Assembly: GCA_964276515.1 (NCBI GenBank)
Contig: OZ193910.1
Span: 6,014,001 to 6,078,000, forward strand
Source of the DNA: Gordius albopunctatus
Lineage: Eukaryota
DNA: 64,000 bases
Direction of reading: 5' to 3'
Numbering within the stretch: position 1 is the stretch's first letter; the number at the start of each line of letters is the position of its first letter. A model generated the notes under the pieces. The model had not been told where the DNA came from, made no database searches, and saw only the letters and a program-made list of their open reading frames with translations. Below, piece by piece: positions 52,901-64,000 of the stretch. The translations under genes and the position numbers were made by a program.

Positions 52901-55900
52901 ATTGGAATCAAGAAATAGCAAGTATTCATCCAACTCCTAAAATAAATTCAACATTATTATATTTAATTCATGCCAATACATTTGACGGGAAGACAACTTA
53001 TTTCGTAGCCAAAAATCATAAAAAAGATATGCTATAATATATTGAATAATGAGCGGGCATAAAGCCATGTTCCTGCTAAATGTAAAAAATTGGAGGGAGG
53101 TGGGTGATTGTGGTGATACATTTTGATATTTATCATAAGAAATTGGCTAGTCCTAAGTTAGCAAGGATCGTAGCCACTACTAAGACGAAAATGATATTGT
53201 CGAGGTATTTTAATTTTCCCCTTCTCTCTGTAAAAGAGAGAAGGTTGTTGAAACTGTAAGATTTAGACATTTGTACGCGATAAACGTTACAATTTCATTA
53301 CCAAAAAATATTGCAGGATTAAATAGTTGGTCGCGACAACAATTTTTACTCGGAACTTTTGAGGATATAAAAAAGGTTTTTTAATTACAAACAAGTCCTA
53401 CTTTAGGCGTGGTTTTTAGGTAAACGTCGTTGCCCTTAATAACGTCTCGTAAAAAGGCTTCCTTCATATCCTTAAATTCCTCCTGAGATAACACGAGGGG
53501 TTTGAGGAATGTTTGACAATGTTGACATCTACCGCTAAATATAACAACATGCATACAAAAACATTCGATTATACCGGGGATTTAAACATTGGTTGGTGTA
53601 GCCAGGATTGGATTTAGGGAGGGCACAATGATAATTTTTGGGAATTTTAGCAACCATAATTATATTAAATTTTAAAGGACGTTTGGATTTAGAGGGGGGG
53701 GAAGCCTCCTCTCCCTGTCACCCCCTGGCTACACCCATGGAGTTACAAAATTAAAACTAATATTAATAATAATAAAATGTTGTATATTCAATATCCCAAA
53801 AATGTTAAGAATCTTTCATTTATGATTGCATTTGCAGGCATCGAGAGGATGACAAACAGAGACCAGAAATGCCCGGCCCGCTCCCCGGCCCACGGGCCGG
53901 GCAACTGCCTTAAATTTTAATTTTCGGGCGGGCCCGGGCGGGAACGCTGATAAGATTCGGGCAATTCGGGCATGCCCAAAATTTTATCAAATTAATTTTT
54001 CCTGAAAAAAAAAATTCGCTTATAAACAATTTTGGGCCATAATAAATTTGACTAGATTTTTTTTCATTGCTTAAATCTTCATTGTACGTTTATATAATGT
54101 CCTAATTTCAATTTCTTCAAAATTAAATTTTATTTCGAATAAATTAGTTTAACTGGTTTGTCTCAAGATCAAAAATTTTTAATTTTCAGATTATATTATA
54201 AAAGAATAAAATCACAACGATTTAAACTGCCATGGGCGTATACAGGGGGGGGGGCAGGAAGGGGCAGCTGCCCCCCTCTAAACTCAAAAATTTGTTAAAA
54301 TTATAGCTAAATTTTCAAAAAATGATCATTTTGCCCCTCCCTAAATCATTATTGCCCCCCCTCTAATTTTAATGCTGGCTACGCCCTTGTAAACTGCTAA
54401 TCTAATCTAATACTATGGAAGAAACCATTTTACTCTCTGGTAGTAAATTATTTTATTACATTTTTATCGCGTTCAGTTAAATCTTTGCCCTACTCCATTA
54501 TGGAAAGGATTGGATTATTTATATTTATGTAGCCAAAGCCATTTCATTGTTCGCAATACACTACACATGTGTGCCGTCTAGACTTAAAACAAAGGCTCAT
54601 GCCATTTTCTAACAATGCGCATAATTTTAATTCATTTAATTTTTTAACACTAAAAAAACACGATGGAAAAATAAAGCAAACAAGTCACATTAAAGTTATT
54701 AAAAATTATAACTATTTTATGTATCTTAAATTAGCAAGGTTTACAAAAATACTCTTTGCCATCCCGGCGACGAGTGCTGCCAGTGAAAGAAGTTTTTCTA
54801 TAGCAGGAAGATTGATAGAGGAAAGACGCACAAGATTATCCCCGGAAATTGGAGACGATTTGTTATTTTTACATACTAAATTGTCATCTTTGTTTGGATC
54901 CATATGCCATTAATTTAATGCTTATTTTGTAATAGTGGTTGAAAGATTTTGGGATTGGATAATTTCGGGTCTACCGGGAAAATTTTATTAATCAGGCCGG
55001 ACAGCTCCTATGGTTTGGGCATGGCTGAGCCGACACTTAGAAGGGTTCAGGCGGGCAATTTAGTTAAAAATTTGGACCGGGCCGGGTTCGGGCAGAAAAA
55101 TTTAAACTACTCCGACCTCTTTTTGGGACCTCATAAATTCGGGACTAACGGGCAAATTTAATATTTCGGACCGGGCCCCAGCGGACACTTAGATGGGTTC
55201 GGGCGGGCCCGAGAGGGCTATGAAGGTAAAAAATTTAGTCGGGACGCGTTCGGGCAGAAAATTCCCAACAAATCTGACCTCTGATGACAAATAGTGGACT
55301 GTGCAATATGAATCGAAGGAATATTAGTGACTTTTGTAACATCGATATCTATATCGTAGTGTTGCAAAAACGGCTTGGTTTTGTTTGGTCAACCTTTGTT
55401 TTTAGTCGACTAAAAATTAACAAAGCAAAGTCTGTTTTTCTTAGGGCTTGTCTTAATATCGGATTCAGATTCAAATGGCGCGAATTTATCTTTATCAAAT
55501 ATCCTATTCGATTTCACGTGTCAAACTCGGTTGTGATTATTAATACTTAGTTTTTTGATAGTTAAAAACGTTTTTTAGTTTATTTCAACTCTTGAGATTA
55601 ATCGCTGTTATATTATGCGCCTGAAATGTAAATCTGCTGTGAATTCGAAGTTAAGACACGGCAATGTTATAACCCGTGCAACGATTTTTGCTGCGCAGCC
55701 AAATCCGATATTAAGACAAGCCCTTAGTCGCATAAATAGACCAAAGATTTGACCGAAAAAGCTTTGGTCTATTTATGTTTAGTCCACTAAGACCAAAGAT
55801 TTGGCCAAACAAAACCGAGCTCTTTTCACAACACTACTTTATTGGCATTGTGACGAATAATATGAGATAAAGTGAGAGATGCGCATACTTGTTTGTGACT

Positions 55901-58261
55901 TTGCTGAAATTTCCCTCCCACTTCGCGTGTTTCAAACTAATAAATTTCGTCAAACAAATGAAATGTATGCGGCTGCTATGAATGGGTTAAAAGTGTTTAA
56001 CCTGCCTACTTTTCAAAGTAATCCTTTACCAAGTTCGTGAAATGTAACGAAGGGTACACGTTATGGGAGCGAGTGGGGAATGCATCGGATGCCATGTACT
56101 TCAACAAGTTCAAACCTCTTGTTTCCCGATCGGCATCCGCTATTTTAAATTAGAAAGATTCTAAACTCGACAAGCGCTCGTTTAGCGTGACATTTGGTTG
56201 AGGATGCTCAATTGCAAAATTTATGTAATAGTTATTATAAAAGATTTCCTAAATAGTTGAACAAGCAAAAGAATATAAATAGATATTTTAGATATGTTTG
56301 CCTTCCCTAGTAATGACACGCACATGGGCGTAGCCAAAAAGAGGGCAGATAGGGGCGGCTGCCCCTCTCCAAATCCAAAAATTTTCTGAAATTTATTAAA
56401 ATTGCAAAAACTGATCAGTTTGCCCCTCTTTAAATCACTATTGCCCCCTCTAACTCCAATGCTGCTACACCCATGGATACGCCAAATACTGAGATAAAAT
56501 GCAAAGCCAGTATATTCAAACGCACTGTAAATAGACAAAAAATAGATTGTCGCTAATTGCACTAAATTAATCTTTAAACATTTATTCAAACTATGCTGCT
56601 TTTGGGACCAAACTAAAAAACACTTTAAATAAATTCATAAGCTTCAATATTATTTTCTTTATAACGCATTAGCCAGAGTGCATGATAGCAAACTTTGGGG
56701 GCTCTGTTCGCGGAGCAAGGCGATGGTGAGGGGCTCTTTCAAGGCTTGGAAGGTCTGGATTTTGTCTTGGAAACGTGGCAACACATCGGGTTCCACCCAT
56801 TTCAATAAATCTCGAGTCCTTTCTTGTTGTAATGATAACACTGCGCCGCTTCGAAGCAAATTCCACCCAAATTCTCGTTCGTTAGGTTGCGAACTTTTGA
56901 AGGCATTGCCAATTATCCTCCCCAAGTCCGCACCCGTACATTGCCCTGATATGTTAGCCGCTCCAAAAAACTGCAAACATTGCTTAATTTTATCTGTCCC
57001 ACTAAACCTAAAGTCGAAATTCAAGATAACATAAATAAAATCTGGGGATTCAAATCATTCTAGGATAAAAATAATTCTTAAACGCTTGGACGGCAAAATA
57101 GTGAATATTTTGAAATTTACTATCATTGGAGTTTAAATATGCGATAAAATGACAAAAAACTATATTGTTTTCTCGTTAGCCCCGGGTTTTAAATTTTATT
57201 AAAATCGCGCGTGGGCCGAATTGAAAAATGTCGACTTCTTTAAGATAAAGAAAAAATCGAAGGCCAACAATTTTAATCAGCGAAATGAACCCAAACCAAA
57301 TTGTGCAAAGTTGACCTAAAGCTTTATCTTTGTAGGGTACAAAGATCCTCTACTTTCACAATAAATATGTTTACAAACAAGTATTTTTCACAAATTCAGG
57401 CAAACTCGTAATTTACCGAGAAAGGGCATATATAGCACGTTGACAAATGGTGGTGTCGTAGTGGGGGCCCAGTGTTTGAAGGGCCGGCAACAAATCGCGG
57501 TCCATTAACTCCCGCAAAGCTTGTGTTTTAAGCCTTACCAACCTTTGCACTTGGACCGTCGTAATTTTTAAGCCAGCGTGCTCCCTTTCACTTTCGCTCC
57601 TTTTGATAGCCGTGTAGGGGTATATAAGATTATCGAAAAAAGCGGATGTTATATTAAGGTTACTCGGCGCATCTCTGTATTTATTATTATCGATGCGTAA
57701 TTTGTCATAATTATGTATCCACCGTTCGGTGTTGCCTGTCCACGTTAAGAAAAGGGCGAGTTGGTGAAGGGTAGGGAAGGCGTTTTGATTCGATTTTAAT
57801 GCTTCGGCCTTGCAAAAGTCGTAGAGGGATATACCACATTCTACGGGTGATGTGGTGTGAAATTCGTTACTAGTAAGATGGTACAAAATTTGGGTGAGGT
57901 ATTTCTGCGATTGTAACGATTCATGACTTGCCAGATATTCTGGCCAAATATAAAATTTCTTGATCAAATCGTAATAATCTTGCAGGCTCAAGCGATCGCC
58001 ACTCTCACAATAGGCCGAGTAAAATTGGGTTGATTTTTGTTGAATGAATTGCTTCAAACTGAGTTGGAATTTATTAACTATCGGGACAGATTTTGTGGAT
58101 GAAGACTTTATATCGGGGCAGCAGAGGATGGGTTCATTTTCGGTCGCATATTTTGAAATTGGGTTGTACGTGGAATAAGAAGCTATTAAATAATGGCTGA
58201 CTTTGGGATGGAATTTGGTGTAAATGATAAAAAGGGAGAGACTATTATTGATGCATTTCAT
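49986..58261 (-). CDS. PRORP: Mitochondrial protein-only RNase P catalytic subunit (MRPP3). Exons ~58261-57417, 57001-~56666, ~56099-56030, 53534-53402, 52936-52826, 52479-52340, 51390-51201, 50132-49986
   Basis: GRCQHC..SQEEF..RDVI..KTTP, FDVVIDALNV, GRRHM, SKDDPFLIYAA..TKDMFRDH, WHIPY..WLCL (NYN domain and Zn ligands). N-terminal exon boundaries are less certain. Confidence 0.92.
53857..55283 (+). mobile_element. hAT deletion derivative with dimerisation-domain fragment, in a PRORP intron
   Basis: TIR CAGAG / CTCTG; TSD ATGACAAA; LFAIPATSAASERSFSIAG..RRTRLS (54715-54913). Confidence 0.92.
54231..54389. mobile_element. hAT-type MITE (CATGGGCGTA family) nested in the hAT element
   Basis: Perfect 8-bp TSD TAAACTGC. 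Confidence 0.9.
55357..55836. mobile_element. hAT-like MITE hosting the second Harbinger MITE
   Basis: TIR TAGTGTTG / CAACACTA; 6/8 TSD CTATATCG / CTTTATTG. Confidence 0.7.
55444..55723. mobile_element. PIF/Harbinger MITE, second copy
   Basis: Same TIR and TTA TSD as 10276-10554. Confidence 0.9.
56323..56475. mobile_element. hAT-type MITE (CATGGGCGTAGCC family)
   Basis: TIRs present; 6/8 TSD GACACGCA / GATACGCC. Confidence 0.82.
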
Positions 58262-59477
58262 TGTAGGGACATAAATGTTTTTAGCTGGCAATCAAACAAC
58301 CATCTGTTAGAAAAGATAGATTCTTTTAATTACAAATAAATGTAACAATATTTTATAAATAATTTTTATAATTCTGGAGGAGATTGTTGAACTTTAAAAT
58401 ACTCAATACAAAACTATCATATTACTCAAAACAATCAATTAAACATATATGTAATTAATCATTAAAAGTATTGATTAATCATAAATGAAAAGAAAATCAT
58501 TTTGGAGATTTAGAACTTTAAACCAATTCATTATGAATAACAAATAATAACCTATTTTTATCTTAGTAGTTTGCTGCTTTAAATTATCTAAGATAATAAA
58601 TTGTAATTCCACTTGTAAAAGTAAGTTATAATTCTAAAAACAAATTTACCTGAAAATTCTTTCAAGATTTAAAACAATACATTTACTTAATAAAAATAAT
58701 TTATCATTAAAAAGTTTATTATATTTTATATTAAATAAAAGCAATTAATATCAAGAATCAAATATAATAACTTCCCAAACTTGAAACCATCAAAAAAGAG
58801 TTGAAGTTTACACTCATTCAATACATCGTTTTTAAATTAGAAAACATATAGCAGACAATTTATAATATCTGATGTCTTTAGCAAAAACATAGAATCAATT
58901 TATAAAAATAATAACAGCTAGCTGATCTTTAATGTTTAAGTTATAAAAAAAGGCTCATCAATTAAAAACATAAATATGAATATTATCACTTTGTTGGATT
59001 TTAATTTATTTTCGAGTAAATTTAAATTTAAGAATAGGTGCGTTTTGTTACAAATAATTCAAATCAGACCACAAAGGGTCTGAGCATGATACCGAAAACC
59101 CCGAAATTACCATAATGCTATGGATATGATTTTCCAATTCACATATGCTTACAATTTTATAAGTATATCATCTTTAATTAAGGAGGCATAGCAAAAAAGC
59201 TAATTTGCATGAAAAAATATATGCAAAAATTCTTTAGATATTTTTAAACAATAAAACCCAAAATGCACAAAAAATTTCTTTTAGATTGTTTATTCTGTTG
59301 ATAATTTTATTTTACTTTCTTTTTAATAAGGAATTAGATAATATTACAGAGAAGAAAATATACATAATATTGGTGAGATATTATGATATAATGTAAGCAA
59401 TAATTGAATAATTACAAAAACTAATGACATTTTTAAAGATATCCGTTTATTAGAAAAATTATATAGCTACGAATTAA

Positions 59478-59902
59478 GTCCATCGTGAGACCGGTGTTAA
59501 TTTATGGAAGTGAAACCTGAGCACGTCACGGAAGAAAAGTTGTGGCAGGTAATAGAGATTGAATGATACGGTGGAGCTTGCGGTATACTAAGCTCGATCA
59601 TATGACAGATTCAGGACAAAAATGGGTATTCAACCTATGGCGGACTTGATTTACGAGAATCGACTAAGGGGGTATGGACATATACTGAGATGGTTACGAA
59701 TGATGTAAATAAATAAGTGACATGAACATACCGGGGAAGAAAGGAAGAAGACGACCTCGTGGCACGTGGAAAGGGTAAGTGGACAAAGTTATAAAAACCA
59801 AGTAGAGTAATAAGGGCATGGCTCTTACGGAATCAAGATGGAAGAAATTCATCAAAACAAACCCCACTACTATGGTATCAAATACTTGATAAAGAAAAAG
59901 AT
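59478..59902 (+). mobile_element. Decayed RTE 3' fragment
   Basis: Homologous to 35915-36356. Confidence 0.85.
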
Positions 59903-60399
59903 AAAAAATATATAACTACAAAAACAAATATATTAAGGCATTTCAACTATCATTGTTTTATTTCATTTAAACTTATCTTATTATTTCATGATTATGGTTT
60001 AAGACATAGGACGCAGCCAGGATTGTGATGGGAGAGGGCGAAAAAAATTGACAGGAAAATTAATTATAGAATATTTTTTTGCTCTCCTATTAATGCTTTG
60101 GCCTTAACTAGGGACCCGCGGTGGTGGCTTAAGCCACGGGCCAGGCCTGAGAATTTCTAGGCCAGGTCTAGCCTTTAGTATTATAGGCTTAAAAATCCGT
60201 GCCGGACCCAACAAAAATGAGCAGCAATTAATCTTTAATTTTTTTCAATATATCATATTATAACAATTTTAGAGAAAAATAATTGTTCAACATTCATTCT
60301 TTTCGCGCTATTTTTCATCTATTACTAATTTTATGCTATATGAATCAAAAAACCCTACTTCTTGTAGATAGAAGGATCCAAATGAATTATATAATATTA

Positions 60400-61068
60400 G
60401 TGTTCTTCATAGATATATTTTCGGGAATTGTCGAGGGTGTTAAAAAATTATTGTAGTAAATATAATATTTCGTCCTCATAGAGGACATCGTCAGATAAGT
60501 AAAATAGATTGAAATAAAATAGATTGAAATAAAATAAAATATAAACTAAATAAAATGTTCTTTTGGTAATGATAAATTAGTGTGTATCCAAGGGTAGAGG
60601 GGTACTCTTCCCATATCTTCATTTAAAGTGGGGTTAAGTCTTCTAATAAAGAAGGACTCTAACGTCTTCCTTTCAAAATATGATTTTGTAAAAAGTAGAA
60701 TTGATTGTTTGAGTTTTGACGTATGATTTTTCTTTAAAATGTGGTTAGATACTCCTGTAGGTACCCCGTTGGGGCGAAATAAAGCTGCCAAGTGTTCTTT
60801 AAGCCTAACTCTTAAGTCTCTTTTTGTTTCCCCAATGTAAAACTGGTTGCAATCACTACAAGTAATTTTATAGATAACGTTATTTGTCTGTAAATCGGAT
60901 TCATAGTTATTTTGTAATATTGTTAAGAGTGATTCATTAGGTTTTTGTGTGATGATGATGTTATTAATATTATTCCTTTTTAAAATTTTTTTAATGCTTT
61001 TTAAAAATGTAAATGGTAACGATGGGTGATGCGGAAAATGTATAAATGTTTTATCATTAATATTTTTT
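60400..61068 (-). mobile_element. Penelope fragment (GIY-YIG and pseudo-LTR)
   Basis: Near-identical to 32260-32927. Confidence 0.92.
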
Positions 61069-61259
61069 TATGCAAATTATTGTGTATTTTAATTCGCATG
61101 ATTTACATTTCAGGTATTAAATATAAATCAATATGCTAGGATAGGAATATATTTGATATTAAAATAACATCTTAGTGTAGAAAACATGATATATTTTTGC
61201 AGAAAGTGTAAAATTTAACAATTACAGTTCATTTACCTAAGTATGGATGGTTATTAGGG

Positions 61260-61425
61260 CATGGGCGTAGCCAGGATTGGATTTAGAGGGGGGGCAATAT
61301 TGATTTAGGGAGGGGCAAAATGATAATTTTTAGTAATTTTCGTCATAATGATATTAAATTTTAAATAATATTTGGATTAAGAGGGAGGCAGTCGGACCTC
61401 CCGGCCGCCCCCGGCTACGCCCATG
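61260..61425. mobile_element. hAT-type MITE (CATGGGCGTAGCC family)
   Basis: 13-bp perfect TIR CATGGGCGTAGCC; 6/8 TSD TATTAGGG / CCTTAGGG. Confidence 0.85.
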
Positions 61426-61916
61426 CCTTAGGGTATGTTAATTACTTACTAATATATTTATAACATATTAGTATCCTTAGCATTATTAAATGTTATTAAA
61501 TTGTAGACTTAGAATGACTAGACGGGGTAATAAATATTATTAAACCATATTAGAATTTAGCAGTTTCTCATCCTGCATGATACGTTATTATAATCTGGTG
61601 GTCAATTAGTTTGAATAATTATACAAGCTTAAGCAAAGGTGGCTAGAGATTTTTGAGCACCCTAGAGCCATTTGTGCCTGCCTAACAATTTCAAAGGTGC
61701 AATTCAGTATTCGATGACACGGTAATAAATTAAATTATGAGTTTTCTAGAAGTTTTTAGGCTTCAAATAATTGTATAACACCCAAATTTTTGAATCTCAA
61801 TAAAACATTATGTGAATACATTGTTTCGTCATATGCATTAATTTTCACATTATAAAATGGGGTTCACAGGTACATTCAAATTCACTATAATTTCTATAAT
61901 TGTGCCAATTGTGTAA

Positions 61917-62792
61917 TCTAATATATAAAATTCCCGTGTCACGGTGTTTGTTGCTAAACTCCTCCTAAACGGCTGGACCGATTTTTATGAAAATTTCTGC
62001 GAATATTTGGTAGGTCTGAGAATAGGTTTTAAATTATATTCCAAATTTCTAACTCACAAGACGGTCAGGTTATTTAGTCTTATACGTTTTGACGTTTAGT
62101 AAAATGTCACTCAAACGCCACCTCATGACGTATACTGCGTATCTATCGTGTAGGTAGTGTGATAAATGCAGTAGGCATGTGTTGCGGAAAATGGAAACTT
62201 TTTACGCGCTTTGAAACATTAAATATCAAAGTCATTTTTTTTCTTATTTTTCACGTCAATTATTATTATTATAGGACGGTTGTGTCCCCTCCTGCGTGGC
62301 TAAATAAATTTAAAAATCTAATTTTGTCATTTTTTGCGCGTTAAATAAGGAGAAAATGAAAATACTTTTAACAAAGTGCCAATAAATGTTGATATATCTC
62401 AGTTCTTCGGACATTATTAAGTTGAGAATTAAAAGTTTTATTCAGAAACAAATAATTATAATTATGATATTGTTTTTTAATTACAAAAAATTATAAAAAA
62501 ATCCTTGAAGGGCCAGGGGCCAAAGATTTTTCTCTTGGGGGGGGGGGGGGGGTTGTGTGATAAATGTAGGCATGTGCTGCGGAAAATGGAAACTACGATT
62601 TTAAACATTAAATCAAAGTCATTTTTTGCTTATTTTTCACTTCAATTATTAATAGGACGGTCGTGTTCCCTCCTGCGTGGCTAAATAAATTAAAAATCTA
62701 ATTTTGTCATTTTTTGCGCGTTAAATAAGGAGATAAATAAAAATACTTTCAACAAAGTGCCAATAAATGTTGATATATCTCAGTTCTTCAGA
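61917..62792 (+). mobile_element. Helitron 5' fragment with duplicated internal segment
   Basis: TCTAATATATAAAA start; 62155-62510 and 62555-62790 resemble each other and 23295-23595. Confidence 0.72.
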
Positions 62793-63481
62793 CCTCTAAG
62801 AAGGGCTCCGCCCCTAACTCCTAACAAGGTTATTGTCCTCGGTCCTTTGGTGTTAGGTAGCGCCCCCGGGCCCCGTGTTGTTTTTTGAGAACCTTTAACC
62901 TAAACTCTTCTAAACTTCGTTGACAAACATTTGATTTGCTGTGAAATTTAAGCAGGGGAGAAAAACGGACTTTAATGTTTGAGGGCTTGGCTACGTCCAC
63001 GCTTATACCGGTCGCTTTAGGTTTTTATCAATTATCTGAGTACCTTGATTGCTTATTGACCAAAGTAAGGTTTGTGGGCAATGCTTTTTTACGACTCCTC
63101 ATAATATCTCAGTTTTTAATGCTGTATATCTAGGCATATTTTAAACAAAAAGGAGGATTTGCTTAGGAAGTTAGGGAATATTCGCATGTTTCGGAAATAA
63201 GCGAGATTAATGATGTTGTTCCGGGATCGATTTGGGGCAAAAATAAAAATGACTTTTCGCCTCGGACCGTACTACTCATACAAATTAACGTAATACAGTG
63301 GTCACTTTATGGAGCATTTTAAACCTGGACTGTGGATTATTAAAATAACTAAATCAAGATGGAATACATGTGAACAACAAAGTGAGTTAAAAAAAACCTT
63401 ATTTTTTGTCGAACTTGACATTATGATAATAAATTAATTAAGGAATTAAAAATTGATTAATAAGCATCGGCATTAAACAAA

Positions 63482-63848
63482 AGTCACAGAGATGAGAATT
63501 CTACGGTGGAGCTTGGGGTTAACTAAGCTCGACCATATGACGAATGACTTTCTCATGACAAAAATGAATATTCAACCTATGGCGGACATTTTTGACGAAA
63601 ATTGGTTAAGGTGATATGAACATATACTAAGGGGGACACAAATGACCTAAATTGAAAAGTACTGGACATGGAGGTGCTGGAGAAGAGAGGAAGAGGATGA
63701 CCCCGTGTCACATGGAACGGGCAAGGCGATAAAGTTATGAAAATTAAAGAGTAGTCAAGACATCGCACTCACCCGGTCAAGATGCAAGAAACTTATCAAA
63801 ACAAACCCCACGACCGTGGGACCAAATAACTGATAAAGAAGAAGAAGA
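63482..63848 (+). mobile_element. Decayed RTE 3' fragment with (GAA)n tail
   Basis: Homologous to 35990-36356. Confidence 0.88.
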
Positions 63849-64000
63849 TTCAAACAAAGGGCTTCACTCCTGTACTCCGGCTGGGGCTGCCCCTCTAAAC
63901 CTTACTCAAGGAGCTCCGCCCCTTAAACCCCTGCCTTCTTGCTGTCTTTGTGTGGCCTTATTAGGCTCTTCTAAATTCGTATGGGAGTATTCATTTCCTA

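Noticed and set aside
56221..56589. 122-aa ORF and similar short ORFs (e.g. 7252, 7611, 43267)
   Set aside because: They read through MITE sequence or are antisense shadows of real ORFs.

Overview
AT-rich eukaryotic (invertebrate-type) genomic DNA with short GT-AG introns (down to 35 nt) and dense nested transposons. It opens with a 3.1-kb C-rich 33-bp satellite capped by a hairpin cluster. Four host genes can be reconstructed: an XK-family scramblase (+), Gemin6 (-), a Fuseless-family membrane protein (+) and mitochondrial protein-only RNase P, PRORP/MRPP3 (-). A small two-exon orphan gene is also likely. Mobile DNA includes CRE-like RLE retrotransposon remnants, Helitrons, a DINE/Helentron-like element, many hAT and PIF/Harbinger MITEs, and a TSD-bounded RTE element with a nested Ty3/gypsy remnant and a nearly intact Penelope element. 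The most unusual region is 24.96-27.75 kb. It is a mosaic of two synonymously diverged copies of a DIRS-like reverse transcriptase with hepadnavirus-like motifs, plus an inverted RNase H fragment, 225 bp of which recur apparently identically inside the nearby gypsy LTR element. All calls are by eye; no searches were run.
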